DNA of 64,000 bases from Mobula hypostoma. Lineage: Eukaryota. The notes under the pieces are model-generated. The model did not search any database and was not told the origin of the DNA. It saw only the letters and a program-made list of their open reading frames with translations. The stretch is from positions 32,738,001-32,802,000 of the forward strand of contig NC_086097.1 in the NCBI RefSeq assembly GCF_963921235.1. Direction: 5' to 3'. Within the stretch, counting starts at the first letter, position 1, and each line of letters opens with the position of its first letter. This document shows, in pieces, positions 50,234 through 62,369 of the stretch. The translations under genes were made by a program, and so were the position numbers.

Positions 50234-52799
50234 AAAGATCATGACAAGCTTGGTTTTACCATAAAACCAGGATGAACCAAAAGGGTCAGACCAGTTACGC
50301 TCACAGATCTTGATTTTTGCAGATGACATAGTCCTGCTCTCTGACCAGATGGAGGAAGCACAGCAGCTGCTGACAAAAGTGGAAATTGAGTGCAATAAAG
50401 TTAGACTTCACCTAAACACTAAAAAGACAGAGTACATTGCGTTTAACTGCGATGAAGGTACTCTCAAGACAGTAAAGAATGATACCATTAAGAAAGTCTT
50501 TGACTACAAGTACCTCGGGTCAAGAATGATGAGTTTGGAGAAGGACATAAAGATATGGAAGGCACTGGCGTGGAGGGCTATGAACGACATGAAGGAAATC
50601 TGGAAGTTCAACCTGACCAGAGGGCTTAAAAAGAGGATTTTCATAGCAGTCGTGAAGTCTATTCTCACGTACGGATGCAAGACGTGGACTCTCACCAAGA
50701 CTATGCGAAAGTCTCTAGATGGTTGCTATACATGAATGCTCTGGATGGCTCTTGATGTGAGTTGGCAACAGCACATTACAAACGTCAAACTCTATAATGA
50801 CCTACAGATGCTCACCACTAAAATCCAGGCGAGAAGACTGCAACTAGCAGGGCACTGTCTACGCCACCCCGAGCTACCTGCCAGCCCAGTCATCATATGG
50901 GAGCCCAAGCATGGGAGGATGAACCCTGGGTGCCCTCCCAAGACGATGGTCAACACGCTCCGAGAAGGCAGCGGCGCGGCTAAAGTAGATGAACTGAACA
51001 CACTGATGAGGGAGAGGGAGAAGTGGAGAGTCCGTCATCGTGCCCAATGCCGGCCCCCTGGGCCTGAGTCGATGTAGTAGTAGCTGGCTCTTATACACTG
51101 CCACAGAGTGCCTTATCAAGGTCAATGGATCATTGACAGTGCCCATTCCTTTGCGAAGTGGAGCACGTCAGGGGTGTCCTATGTCCAGCCAGTTATATAC
51201 CATCTGTGTAGAGCCACTCCTATGCCTTTGTTGGTGGAGGCAGACGGGTCTGGTTCTGCATTAACTGGATATGGAGGTTGTCCTCTCAGCCTATGCTGAC
51301 AGATCCCAGTGACCTGATGAGGATGTGCGAGTGCCAGTAATTTTTCTCGCAGTGTCCTCCGCTAGGATCAATTGGACAGAATGTCCTGGACTCTCAGTGG
51401 GTCAGTGGCAGGTGGACTCCCTGCCAGAGGAGATGAGACCTTTTGAGTGGAACACCAAGTATCTCCTCGATATTGGAGTCTACCCGAGTCCTTCTAGGGT
51501 GACCTGGCTGGCGAACTGGCAGGACCTGGAGACGAATCAGGCCCCCTTAGGAAGATTTCCTATTGAGGCAGGATGGTGGTCATAAACTAGCTGGTGGCCT
51601 CCATCATCACACCGATCGTCACATTGGCCCCTTTGTTGCAAAGATAGACAGCAAGTTAGTGGATTTCTTCTGGGGCAACAAGAAACACTGGGTCTCTGCA
51701 GCAGTCCTGACTCTCCCAGTGGGAGAGGTCGGACAGTCGCTGGTGTGCATCCATACGTGGTTGGCAGCTCTCTGCCTCAGCACCCTGTAGAGCTTTCTAT
51801 ATGCCGATCATCCTCCCAGGTGGCACAATTTGACGACATACTTTCTCTGGAGGGGCTGCTGTCTTCACTAACAGATGCAGCTACCACTGGCAGGCATCAG
51901 CCATACTGCCCGGCTTCTATCAGGACCTACTAAGAGTCTGGAACATGGCTGCCTCAGGGCAGGAATCACCTCTGCTGCCAGAGGGCACCATCTCCATCAA
52001 TCTCTACATTGTACTGGAACAACAGGAGCACAAGGACACCTACGCCAGAATGCTTTTTATCAACTACAGTCTGTCTACAACACCATAATCCCTTACAAGT
52101 TGACCATTGAACTAAACGAGACTCAATACATCTATTTGCAACTGGATTTTGGACTTTCTTACCAATTACACCCACAGTGATACTAGGCAAGTAGACATCA
52201 AGCTCCCTGACCCAGAACATCAACCCCCATTCCCCAGTCCACAGGCACAATGGACAACCTCTAAGCGCGATACATTGACATAAGTTTTGATGCCATTTTA
52301 TATTTAATCACTCTATTTTATAACATGGGCAACACTTGAACAGGGCAGCCACTGTTGTTTAATTTTAGTTGTTTGTTTTCAATTCAATTGCAACATATGT
52401 ATTTCTCAATAACTCAAGACGTTATTTTAAAATTTAGTCATTGTTTACAGTAATTGAATTGCCAGTAAGCTGTTTTGCATTAAATGGAGTAGTACTGTAA
52501 CCTCATTGTCCACAGCAACGACAATAAAGTTCTACCCAACTTCCCTACCTTGCCCTCTTGGACAAGTGAAGTTGGAGATCACTGCTGTAGTAATATTATA
52601 AATATAAGCATTCTTTCTTTCCATAATTCATTATGGGTTACATTGGAGTAGTAAGTGAACGACACACAGCAGTCATTATGCTACCAAGTGATATGTGAGC
52701 GCCTCATTAATAAAAAACAAAAGAAAAACTAAGTCAAGTGTCCTGGCTCCTCTGGTTTTCTTTCACTTAGTTACTGGAGTTACAAAACCTAACAAAACA

Positions 52800-55700
52800 C
52801 ATTTCAAAGGTTGAGGCAACGTATTGGGTAGGTCATGACAGCTGAGATCGGCCCCGTGGTTTGTTCATCCTGCAGCATGAGAGAAATCAGAGATACTTCC
52901 AGTGTCCCTGACGACTATGTGTGCAGGAAATGTGTCCAGCTGCAGCTTCTGGCAGACCGCATTGAGTGGCTGGAGCTGCGATTGGATTCATACTGGAGCA
53001 TCCGCGAAGCTGAGAAAGTCATGAACAGCACGTTCAGTGAGTTGGCCACACTGCAGGTAAAGGCTATACAGGCAGAAAGGGAATGGGTAGCCACTAAACA
53101 GCGTAGCAGTAGGCAGGTAGTGCAGGAGTCCCCTGAGGTCATCTCCCTCCTAAACAGATATACTATTTTGGATACTGTTGGGGGAGATGTCTCATCAGGG
53201 GAAGGCAGCAGCAGCCCAGTTCATGGCACCATGGGTGGCTCTGCGGCACAGGAGGGAAGGAAAAGGAATGGGAGAGCTATAGTGATAAGGGATTTGATTG
53301 TAAGGGAAATAGATAGGCGTTTCTGCGGCCGCAAACGAGACTCCAGGAGGGTATGTTGCCTCCCTGGTGCAAGGGTCAAGGATGTCTCTGAGCGGCTGCA
53401 GGACATTCTGGAGTGGGAGGGTGAACAGCCAGTGGTCGTGGTGCACATAAGTACCAATGATATAGGTAAAAAACGGGATGAGGTCCTACAAGGTGAATTT
53501 AGGGTGTTAGGAGATAAACTAAAAAGTAGGACCACAAAGGTAATAATCTCTGGATTACTAGCAGTACCACGTGCTAGTCAGAGTAGAAATAGGAGGATAT
53601 ATTAGACGAATACATGGCTTGAAAAATGGTGCAAGGGGGAGGGATTCAAATTTCTGAGCCATTGGAACTAGTTCTGGAGCAGGTGGGACCGGTACAAACA
53701 GGATGGTCTGCACCTGGGCTGGGCTGGAACCAATGTCCTAGGGGGAGCGTTTGCTACTGTTGTTCAGGAGGATTTAAAATAATGTGGCAGGGGGATGGGA
53801 ACAAGTGCAGAGAGACAGAGGGGTGTAAAATGAGGGTAGAAGCAAAAAGTAGTAAGGTGAAAAGTAAAAGTGGCAGGCAGGCAAATCCAGGGCAAAAATC
53901 AAAAAGGGCCGCTTTTCAACATAATTGTACAAGGGCTAAGAGTGTTGTAAAAGCAAGCCTGAAGGCTTTGTGTGTCAATGCAAGGAGCATTCGTAACAAG
54001 GTGGATGAACTGAATGTGCAGATAGTTATTAATGAATATGATATAGTTGGGATCACAGAGACATGGCTCCAGGGTGACCAAGGATGGGAGCTCAACATTC
54101 AGGGATATCCAATATTCAGGAGGGATAGACATGAAAGAAAAGGAGGTGGGGTAGTGTTGCTGGTTAGAGAGGAGATTAATGCAATAGAAAGGAAGGATAT
54201 TAGCCGGGAGGATGTGGAATCGATACGGGTAGAGCTGCATAACACTAAGGGGCAGAAAACGCTGGTGGGAGTTGTGTACAGGCCACCAAACAGTAGTAGT
54301 GAGGTTGGGGATGGCATTAAACAGGAAATTAGAAATGCATGCAATAAAGGAACAGCAGTTATAATGGGTGACTTCAATCTACATATAGATTGGGTGAACC
54401 AAATTGGTAAGGGTGCTGAGGAAGAGGATTTCTTGGAATGTATGTGGGATGGTTATCTGAACCAACATGTCGAGGAACCAACTAGAGAGCAGGCCATCCT
54501 AGACTGGGTATTGAGCAATGAGGAATGGTTAGTTAGCAATCTTGTCGTGCGAGGCCTCTTGGGTAAGAGTGACTATAATATGGTGGAATTCTTCATTAAG
54601 ATGGAGAGTGACATAGTTAATTCAGAAACAAAGGTTCTGAACTTAAAGGGTAACTCTGAAGGTATGAGACGTGAATTAGCTAAGATAGACTGGCAAATGA
54701 TACTTTAAGGGTTGACAGTGGATATGCAATGGCAAGCATTTAAAGATCGCATGGATGAACTACAACAATTGTTCATCCCAGTTTGGCAAAAGAATAAACC
54801 AGGGAAGGTAATGCACCCGTGGCTGACGAGGGAAATTAGGGATAGTATCAATTCCAAAGAAGAAACATACAAATTAGCCAGAAAAAGCAGCACACCTGAA
54901 CACTGGGAGAAATTCAGAGTCCAGCAGAGGAGGACAAAGGACTTAATTAGGAAAGGGAAAAAAGATTATGAGAGAAAGCTGGCAGGGAACATCAAAACTG
55001 ACTGTAAAAGCTTTTATAGATATAAGTAAAGAAAAAGATTGGTTAAGACAAATGTAGGTCCCTCACAGTCAGAAACAGGTGAATTGATCATGGGGAACAA
55101 GGACATGGCTGACCAATTGAATAACTACTTTGGTTCTGTCTTTACTAAGGAGGACATAAATAATCTTCCAGAAATAGTAGGGGAGCGAGGGTCTAGTGAG
55201 ATGGAGGAACTGTGGGAAATACATGTTAGTAGGGAAGTGGTGTTAGGTAAATTGAAGGGATTAAAGGCAGATAAATCCCCAGGGCCAGATGGTCTGCATC
55301 CCAGAGTGCTTAAGGAAGTAGCTCAAGAAATAGTGGATGCATTAGTGATAATTTTTCAAAACTCTTCAGATTCTGGATTAGATCCTGAGGATTGGAGGGT
55401 GGCTAATGTAACCCCGCTTTTTAAAAAAAGGACTGAGAGAGAAACCAGGGAATTATAGACTGGTTAGCCTAACATGCTAACATCTAGGGAAAATGCTAGA
55501 GTCAGTTATCAAAGATGTGATAACAGTACATTTGGAAAGCGGTGAAATCACCGGACAAAGTCAGCATGGATTTGTGAAAGGAAAATCATGTCTGACGAGT
55601 CTTATAGAATTTTTTGAGGATGTAACTAGTAGAGTGGATAGGAGAGCACCAGTGGATGTGGTATATTTGGATTTTGAAAGGGCTTTTGATAAGGTCCCAC

Positions 55701-56849
55701 ACAGGAGATTAGTGTGCAAACTTAAAGCACATGGTATTGGGGGTATGGTACGGATATGGATAGAGAATTGGTTGGCGACAGGAAGCAAAGAGTGGGAATA
55801 AACGGGACCTTTTCAGAATGGCAGGCAGTGATTAGTGGGGTACCGCAAGGCTCAGTGCTGGGACCCCAGTTGTTTACAATATATATTAATGACTTGGACG
55901 AGGGAATTAAATGCAGCATCTCCAAGTCTGCGGATGACACGAAGCTGGGTGGCAGTGTTAGCTGTGAGGAGGATGCGAAGAGGATGCAGGGTGACTTGGA
56001 TAGGTTAGGTGAGTGGGCAAATTCATGGCAGATGCAATTTAATGTGGATAAATGTGAGGTTATCCACTTTGGTGGCAAGAACAGGAAAACAGATTATTAT
56101 CTGAATGGTGGCCGATTAAGGGGAGGTGCAATGAGACCTGGGTGTCATTGTACACCAGTCACTGAAAGTGGGCATGCAGGTATAGCAGGCCGTGAAAAAG
56201 GCGAATGGTATGCTGGCATTCATAGCAGGAGGATTCGAGTACAGGAGCAGGGAGGTTCTACTGCAGTTGTACAAGGCGTTGGTGAGACCACAACTGGAGT
56301 ACTGTGTGCAGTTTTGGTCCCCTAATCTGAGGAAAGACATTCTTGCCATAGAGGGAGTACAAAGAAGGTTCACCAGATTGATTCTTGGGATGGCAGGACT
56401 TTCATATGAAGGAAGTCTGGATCGACGAGGCCTATACTCACTGGAATTTAGGAGATTGAGGGGGGATCTTATTGAAACACGTAAAATTCTAAAGGGATCG
56501 GACAGGCTAGATGCAAGAAGATTGTTCCCGATGTTGGGGAAGTCCAGAACGAGGGGTCACAGTTTAAGGATAAAGGGGAAGCCTTTTAGGACCGAGATGA
56601 GGAAAAACTTCTTCACACAGAGAGTGGTGAATCTGTGGAATTCTCTGCCACAGGAAACAGTTGAGGCCAGTTCATTGGCTATATTTAAGAGGGAGTTAGA
56701 TATGGCCCTTGTGGCTAAAGGGATCAGGGGTACGGAGAGAAGGCAGGTACAGGGTTCTGAGTTGGATGCTCAGCCATGATCATACTGAATGGCGGTGCGG
56801 CTCGAAGGGCCGAATGTCCTACTCCTGCACCTATTTTCTATGTTTCTAT
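52800..56849 (+). mobile_element. Near-complete CR1 LINE, same family as 12704-16000, with frameshifts and stops
   Basis: ORF1 52835-53605 (CSSC..VCRKC, CCLPGARV, HISTND), ORF2 EN+RT fragments 53831-56779 and a tail ttctatgtttcta. Confidence 0.95.
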
Positions 56850-57039
56850 CTAAGTGTGACAAGGGAGTTTTAAAACAAACCCCAGATGACTTCCTACCTT
56901 CGGGGGTGGGGGGGGGGAGAAGAGACGTTCAATATAAAAAAAAAGGCAGAAAATGGATGATATCAATAAGCAACAAGTACAGCCATGGGTTCATAGACAG
57001 TGACACTGAGGCATCTACTTTGGAGTCACCCTCGACAGA

Positions 57040-57150
57040 TGCCTCACTTTCAAGAACCACATCAGTAAGACAAAGGCAAAAGTGAGTGCACGAAACAACA
57101 TCCTGAATAAGCTCACTAACACAAAGTGGGGAGCAAGCTCGAAAACATTG
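57040..57150 (+). mobile_element. Short Vingi/I-group-like LINE fragment
   Basis: LTFKNHISKTKAKVSARNNILNKLTNTKWGASSKTLR. Confidence 0.5.
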
Positions 57151-57151
57151 C

Positions 57152-58310
57152 GATGCATAGTGGGCTATGTCCAACAGGGCAGAGGAGGCTTTGGCCTTGG
57201 AGTGATGAAACCTACCTGGCAAAGGGCTACTACAACTGATCGCCAGCATCTGGTGGTGGAGGAAGTGCGCCACCAAGAAGCAGCCAGATGTGCCAAAGCA
57301 ATATCCCAAGCCAAGCAAGGCTGCTGAATGAGGTGGGAGGGTGTTGAGAGGAGGAAAATCACATGGAGTGAGCTGTGGAGCATAGAGCCAAACAGACTGA
57401 GCTTCATCATCAGAGCAACATATGATGTCCTGCCCTCTCCTACAAACCTAAATCTTTGGCTGGGAGAGGATCCAGCCTGTCCTCTGTGAGCAGTTCCGGC
57501 ATCCCTCAAGCACATCTTGGTTAGTTGCAAGACCAGCCTAATACAAGGCAGATACACCTGGTGACACAACCAAGTGCTGAGGTGTTTGGCAGCTGAACTT
57601 GAGTGTAAGAGAGTAACCACCAACACCAGGCCTCTCAATGCCCAGACAACGGTCCCACAACTACCATCCTTCATCCGGGAAGGAGAGAAACCGGGGGCTA
57701 ACCCCTTGCCTCACGACTCATGCCCACTGAGTGCAGCCAGGGACTGGGAAATGCGTGTTGATTTAGGCCAGAAACTTACCTTCCCATCTGAAATTGCAAC
57801 GACCAACCTACTTTCACATCTGAAATTGCAATGACCAACCTGTGGCCTGACCTGGTCCTTTCGTCCAGCTCCTGTCTTTACCATTGAGCTGACGGTCCCC
57901 TGGGAGGATGCTGTGGATGAGGCTTACGAACGAAAAAGGCCGCGATATGCCAACCTTGCAGTTGAAGCAGAGGAGCGAGGCTGGGATGTAGAAGTGCGCC
58001 CAGTTGAGGTGGGGTGCAGGGGTTTTGTAGCCAGTCCCACTGTAAGGCTGCTGAGGGAAGTAGGGGTCAGAGGGCAGGCACATAGGAAGGCAATCAAAGC
58101 ACTTGCTAATGCCGCCGAAATGAGCAGTCACTGGCTGTGACTGAAAAGAAGGGGTGCTGTCTGGGCTGCCAAGTGACCATCTAGAGACTAACCATGTGAC
58201 ACACACCCAGGTCTGATCAGCCTGTGGCGGGCCTACCTCGGCTAAGGGTGTCTTGTGATAAAAGGCCGAAACACTCAGTGATGACGAGGTACACAACTGA
58301 AGATGTGTCG
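57152..58310 (+). mobile_element. 5'-truncated HERO-type (R2-group) non-LTR retrotransposon with a restriction-like endonuclease
   Basis: QQGRGGFG, ATYDVLPSPTNL, CPL..LKHILVSC, GRYTW*HNQVL, PDLVL, IELTVPWED, RKRPRY, VEVGCRGF and SSHWL*LKR. Confidence 0.85.
58234..58309 (+). ncRNA. Candidate rearranged (non-circularly permuted) hammerhead-like RNA in the HERO 3' UTR
   Basis: GGGTGT(58246-51)/ACACTC(58271-76); GTC triplet 58250-52; TTGTG(58253-57)/CACAA(58292-96); GAAA 58268-71; CTGAAGA 58297-303; extra helix TACCTCG(58234-40)/CGAGGTA(58285-91). Confidence 0.6.
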
Positions 58311-58439
58311 TAATGGTAGTAACATCATCTACCGGGCATCTCTAAGAACTACTTCCACTCAAGTCAGTTGCAGTGCAGAAACTTTAGGGATTCTAACATC
58401 CAGTCCTGTCAATCAAACTGATAATGATGGGAGTGACAT

Positions 58440-58590
58440 AGGACTGGAAGTGAATAGCAAATTAAAAGTGAATTGGATATTGGCTCAGCTATTAAGAGTT
58501 ATTCCACAAAAGGAGTTTGAACGACATTTCAATAATACTGAACTGAAGCTTACAGATATAAAACTAAGAACTCGTACTGGAGAAAAGATC
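58440..58590 (+). mobile_element. Gypsy-type LTR retrotransposon protease fragment
   Basis: EVNSKL..LDIGSA..VIPQKEFERHF..ELK..DIKLRT.TGEKI resembles a Gypsy aspartic protease (LDTGS) region. Confidence 0.55.
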
Positions 58591-58779
58591 AAATTCTCCA
58601 TAGCAATTAAATCTTTAGACCTTAAGACAATTTCAAATTTACTATTATAGTAAATCATGATCATACTGAATGGCAGTGCAGGCTCGAAGGGCCGAATGGC
58701 CTACTCCTGCACCTATTTTCTATGTTTCTATGCTGTGGATGTCTATGTAGTAGCTGTAATACATCATATACTGTGTACA

Positions 58780-60470
58780 CAGTGCCTATAACAAGTTTTC
58801 AGCTCCTTGGAATTTTTATGCTTTATTGTTTTACAACATTGAATCACAGGGGATTTAATTTGGCTTTTTTGACACTGAGCAGCAGAAAAGAGTCTCCTTC
58901 ATGTCAAAGTGAAATCAGATCTCTGCAAAGTGATCTAAATGAATTACAAATATAAAACACAAAAGAAATGATTGCATAAGTATTCACCCTTAATATGACA
59001 CACCAACTCATCACTGGTGCTGCGAATTGGTTTTAGAAGTCACATAATTAGTTAAATGGAGATCACCTTGTGCAGTCAAGGCGTTTCAATAGATTGTAGT
59101 AAAAATACACCTGTATCTGGAAGGTCCAACTGCCGGTGAGTCAGTATCCTGGCAAAAACTACACCATCAAGACAAAAGAACACTCCAAACAACTCCATGG
59201 AAAGGTTATTGAAAAGAACAGACCAGGAGAGGGATCCAAGAAAATTTCCAAGTCACTGAATATCCCTTGGAGTACAGTTAAGTCAATCGTCAAGAAATGG
59301 AAAGAATATGGCACAGCTGAAAATCTGCCTTGAGCAGGCCATCCTCAAAAACTGAATGATCGTGCAAGGGGACTAGTGAGGGAGGCCACCAAGAGACCTA
59401 TGACAACTCTGGAGGAGTTACAATCTTTAGTGGCCGAGATGGGAGAGACTGTGCACACAACTGTTGCCTGGGTGTTTTACCAGTTGCAGCTTTACGGGAG
59501 AGTGGCAAAGAGAAACCTATTGTTGGAAAAAATTACCACCTCATGAAATCTTGGCTGGAGTTTGCCAGAAAAGTTGAAGAAAATTCTATGTTCTGATGAA
59601 ACCAAAATTGAGCTTTTTGGCCATCAGACTAAGTGTTATGTTTGGCGTAAGCCCAAACACTGCACACCATCCCTGCCGTGAAGCATGGTGGTGGCTGCTC
59701 ACAGCAACAGGCCCTGGAAGGCTTGTGAAGGCAGGGGGTAAAATGAATGCAGCAAAATACAGGGAAATTCTGGAGGAAAGCCTGATGCAGTCTGCAAGAG
59801 AACTGCAGCTTGGGAGATTTGTTTTCCAGCAAGACAATGACCCCAAGCATAAGCCAAAGCTACACAGGAATGGCTTAAAAACAAAGTTAATGCCCTGGAA
59901 TGGCCAGGTCAGAGCTCAGACCTCAACCCCAATTGAGAATTTGTGGCAGATCCCAAACTATACCATGTTTAAATTTAGAAAAAATTAGAAGTGGCATTTT
60001 TGTTCTTCGGTTAAACTTGAAGAGATTTGGAAACCATTTATTCAACATTTTCATATGATGTAATTTGACCTTTTCCGAATCCTTCTTATTAACTTAAAAT
60101 ATATGAATTGAGGAGCGGAATTGATGACATTATTGAATGTATTTGATTTAAGATATTGGTCTAGCCTTGTTTTGTTCTGTTTGCTTTCTTTTTGGGTTTA
60201 GTATTTAGTTTTATTTTGTTTTTTTTTGGGGAGGTTTTCTTTGCATTTTTTTTCTTTTTATTTCCCTTTTCTCTATGATTAACTATATTAAGAGTTTGGA
60301 AGTCTATTACATCTGTATTATTTGAAGTCTTTTTTGTACATGTTTATCAGTAATAAGATTATTCCAATCTCTGTATCAATACTGTTATTCTGTTTATAAT
60401 TTTGGAAAATTAATAAAAAGATTTAAAAAGAAAGAGAATTTGTGGCAGGACTTGAAAAAGGCTGTTCATT
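58780..60470 (+). mobile_element. Decayed Tc1 element (second family), interrupted by an L1 3' end
   Basis: Starts cagtgcc. KKISKSLNIPWSTVKSIVKKWKEYGT, MNAAKYREILEE, FQQDNDPKH and PIENLW. Confidence 0.85.
59950..60433 (+). mobile_element. 5'-truncated L1 (last ORF2 codons, T-rich 3' UTR, A-rich tail) with a 15-bp TSD
   Basis: TSD gagaatttgtggcag at 59935-59949 and 60434-60448. CLNLEKIR...EEIWKPFIQHFHMM*, then aataaaaagatttaaaaagaaa. Confidence 0.88.
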
Positions 60471-60639
60471 ATGCCACGTCACATGTGAGCACCTCACTAA
60501 CAAAAAAGGGAAGAAAAACCAGGTAGACAAGTATTTTGGATCTTGTGTTTCTACGGAGTTACAAACCATAAAAACCACCATCAGGCATAATTTCATGACA
60601 TGCACCCTGCACAGCGTAATCTCTTCCCAGTGCCAGCCA

Positions 60640-61620
60640 GCAGTTTGTGCAGCTGCCAGATGAGGAGGAAGATGAGGGCTGGTGTACTGTCCGGTACAAA
60701 GGGGCAAACCACCAGGTGTATTGGAGCTCTGAGTGCCCCCAGTGCTGTACATGCAATGTGGTGGGGCATTTTCGGATAGTATGTCCAACTCCCGGCCCAA
60801 GGATTTCACCTCTATCACCAATAACCCTGCCCAAGGGTCAGGCTGGGGATACCTGGGGACTGGGAGGATACACTGTGGTGCAAGGAGGTGAGGAAGAAGA
60901 CTAAGCACCTTGGGGCGAAGTCCTCCGACAATGCAGAGCTCACCCCTGCTCCTGCACCTCATACTGGGAAACATGCTTGCCCTGAAGATCACTGGGGGAC
61001 CGAGGGAAGTGTGCGGGTTGATGGGGTAATAGAAGCAGAGGGTACCCGTGTACTTCTCTGGCCTGAAGAGAAGGAGCCCTTTCACTAATAGGAGAGCGAA
61101 CATGGATATGCAGGAGTCAGAGGGGGTAGGAATCCCAGTGGGGGTCAGTCCCAATCACAAGCCCTGTGGTGGGTAGTAATGGACCCAGTGAGTATATATG
61201 GGAAGATGTTACCAAAGGTGGTGTTATTCTTGGTCTGGCAACTGAGATGGTGCTGGAGCCCTCCACCCAGGGCTTAATGGTTAGCTCCTCCTTGCGGGTG
61301 GGTGCATTTGGAAAGGGTGGTGAAATGGTGACCGGCCCCTTTCATCCTTGGGACCTGGCTCTGGGCAGACTCCTTGAACCAGATGTCAGGGTTCTCCTCA
61401 GGACTGACTCCTGAGGTGAGAGATACACTCACCATGCTGATTATATCAACTCCTGGTTCCCAAGATATTCCTGGGGGAAATCCCCCTCCGCTTTTTTTGT
61501 TCCTGGGGATATGGCCGAGGCAGAGGAGCAGTAGGCAGGTGTGAGCGATGTACCTGATGCACAGTGAGGAGGACTCATTTGACAATGTGACAAGGGACGG
61601 CTTCAAAATGGTGGCATGTC
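60640..61620 (+). mobile_element. Tx1-type ORF1 fragment
   Basis: CCHC knuckle CCTCNVVGHFRIVCP. 61235-61580 resembles 47578-47930 (ctggcaactgaga...ctggagccctccacc). Confidence 0.6.
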
Positions 61621-62050
61621 CGGTCATGGGCGACCACTCTGGCTCCAACTAATGTGTAATTGTCATTCTTTACATCTTTCTTATGATCGCAAGACACTGC
61701 TGGATACTAAGAACACCAAGTTCTGCAGGTCTAGCTCACTAGTGAGTTGTGGGCATCAGATCAACCCTCCTGCATGGATTCATTGCATACTGTGTGGTCA
61801 ACTGCTACAGCCACCCAGGGGAGAAGCTGTCAGAGGCGGTGCCCCAGCAAACAGAAGCGTGGAAAGCACGCTGGTATTCATGCGAGACTGAAAGGTGAAA
61901 CCCTGCGGGTTGGCTCTCGCGTCCAGTCTGCTTTCGAACATCTGATCGCTAGAAAGTAAACAAGACGACCTGCTTCTGAGACTGAATCAGCTTGAGGTGA
62001 AGAACGGCTGCATGCTTCTCCCGAAGGTAACGTGGTCAACCAGCTACAGG
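61620..62050 (+). mobile_element. Probable Rex1/L2-type LINE 5' region
   Basis: SYDRKTLLD and RRCPSKQKRGKHAGIHARLK. Confidence 0.45.
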
Positions 62051-62369
62051 GTCTCATCTCGTTTCGGGCCAACAGAATTCCCAGGATCCATGGTAATACC
62101 CGCAGAGGAGGTGCATGTATCTCCACTGGTCAGCATAAACCACGGATGTTGCATCCCAGCTTTCAACGTGAAACGCAAGCCAGTGCAGTGCAATATAGAG
62201 TGCAAGCTGTTTCCCATGTAGCAAGCGTTTTGCAGGATATGTACAACACTTCTAACTACATCTCTTCCGAAATACTCTCACTGCAACCTGCAGCATGTAA
62301 ATCTCCTTTAGGCAATGCACTTTTAAGCTCAATAGCTTTTTGGCACCAAGCAACTGTATGGGTGTTCTC

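Larger units (their letters stand above)
49951..51083 (+). mobile_element. 5'-truncated RTE-X-like LINE
   Basis: SPDGET, AGVLQGDTLAPYIFIIVLDY, FADDIVLL, DYKYLGS and RRLQLAGHC; (tag)n tail at ~51075-51083. Confidence 0.85.
47215..51960 (+). mobile_element. Heavily decayed Tx1-type LINE, interrupted by an RTE-X-like element
   Basis: ORF2 start MKLTIATLNVNG at 48324, FL*ETH, INVYTP, PDGLTIEF, DYKIFAQAMANRL, SGARQGCPMS and LSAYAD. Confidence 0.75.

Noticed and set aside
13045..56373. Numerous 60-170-aa ORFs antisense to CR1 ORF2
   Set aside because: They are shadow frames, repeated wherever CR1 occurs.
60423..61154. 243-aa minus-strand ORF as a host gene
   Set aside because: It is antisense to a Tx1 ORF1 fragment, crosses repeat boundaries and has no recognisable domain.
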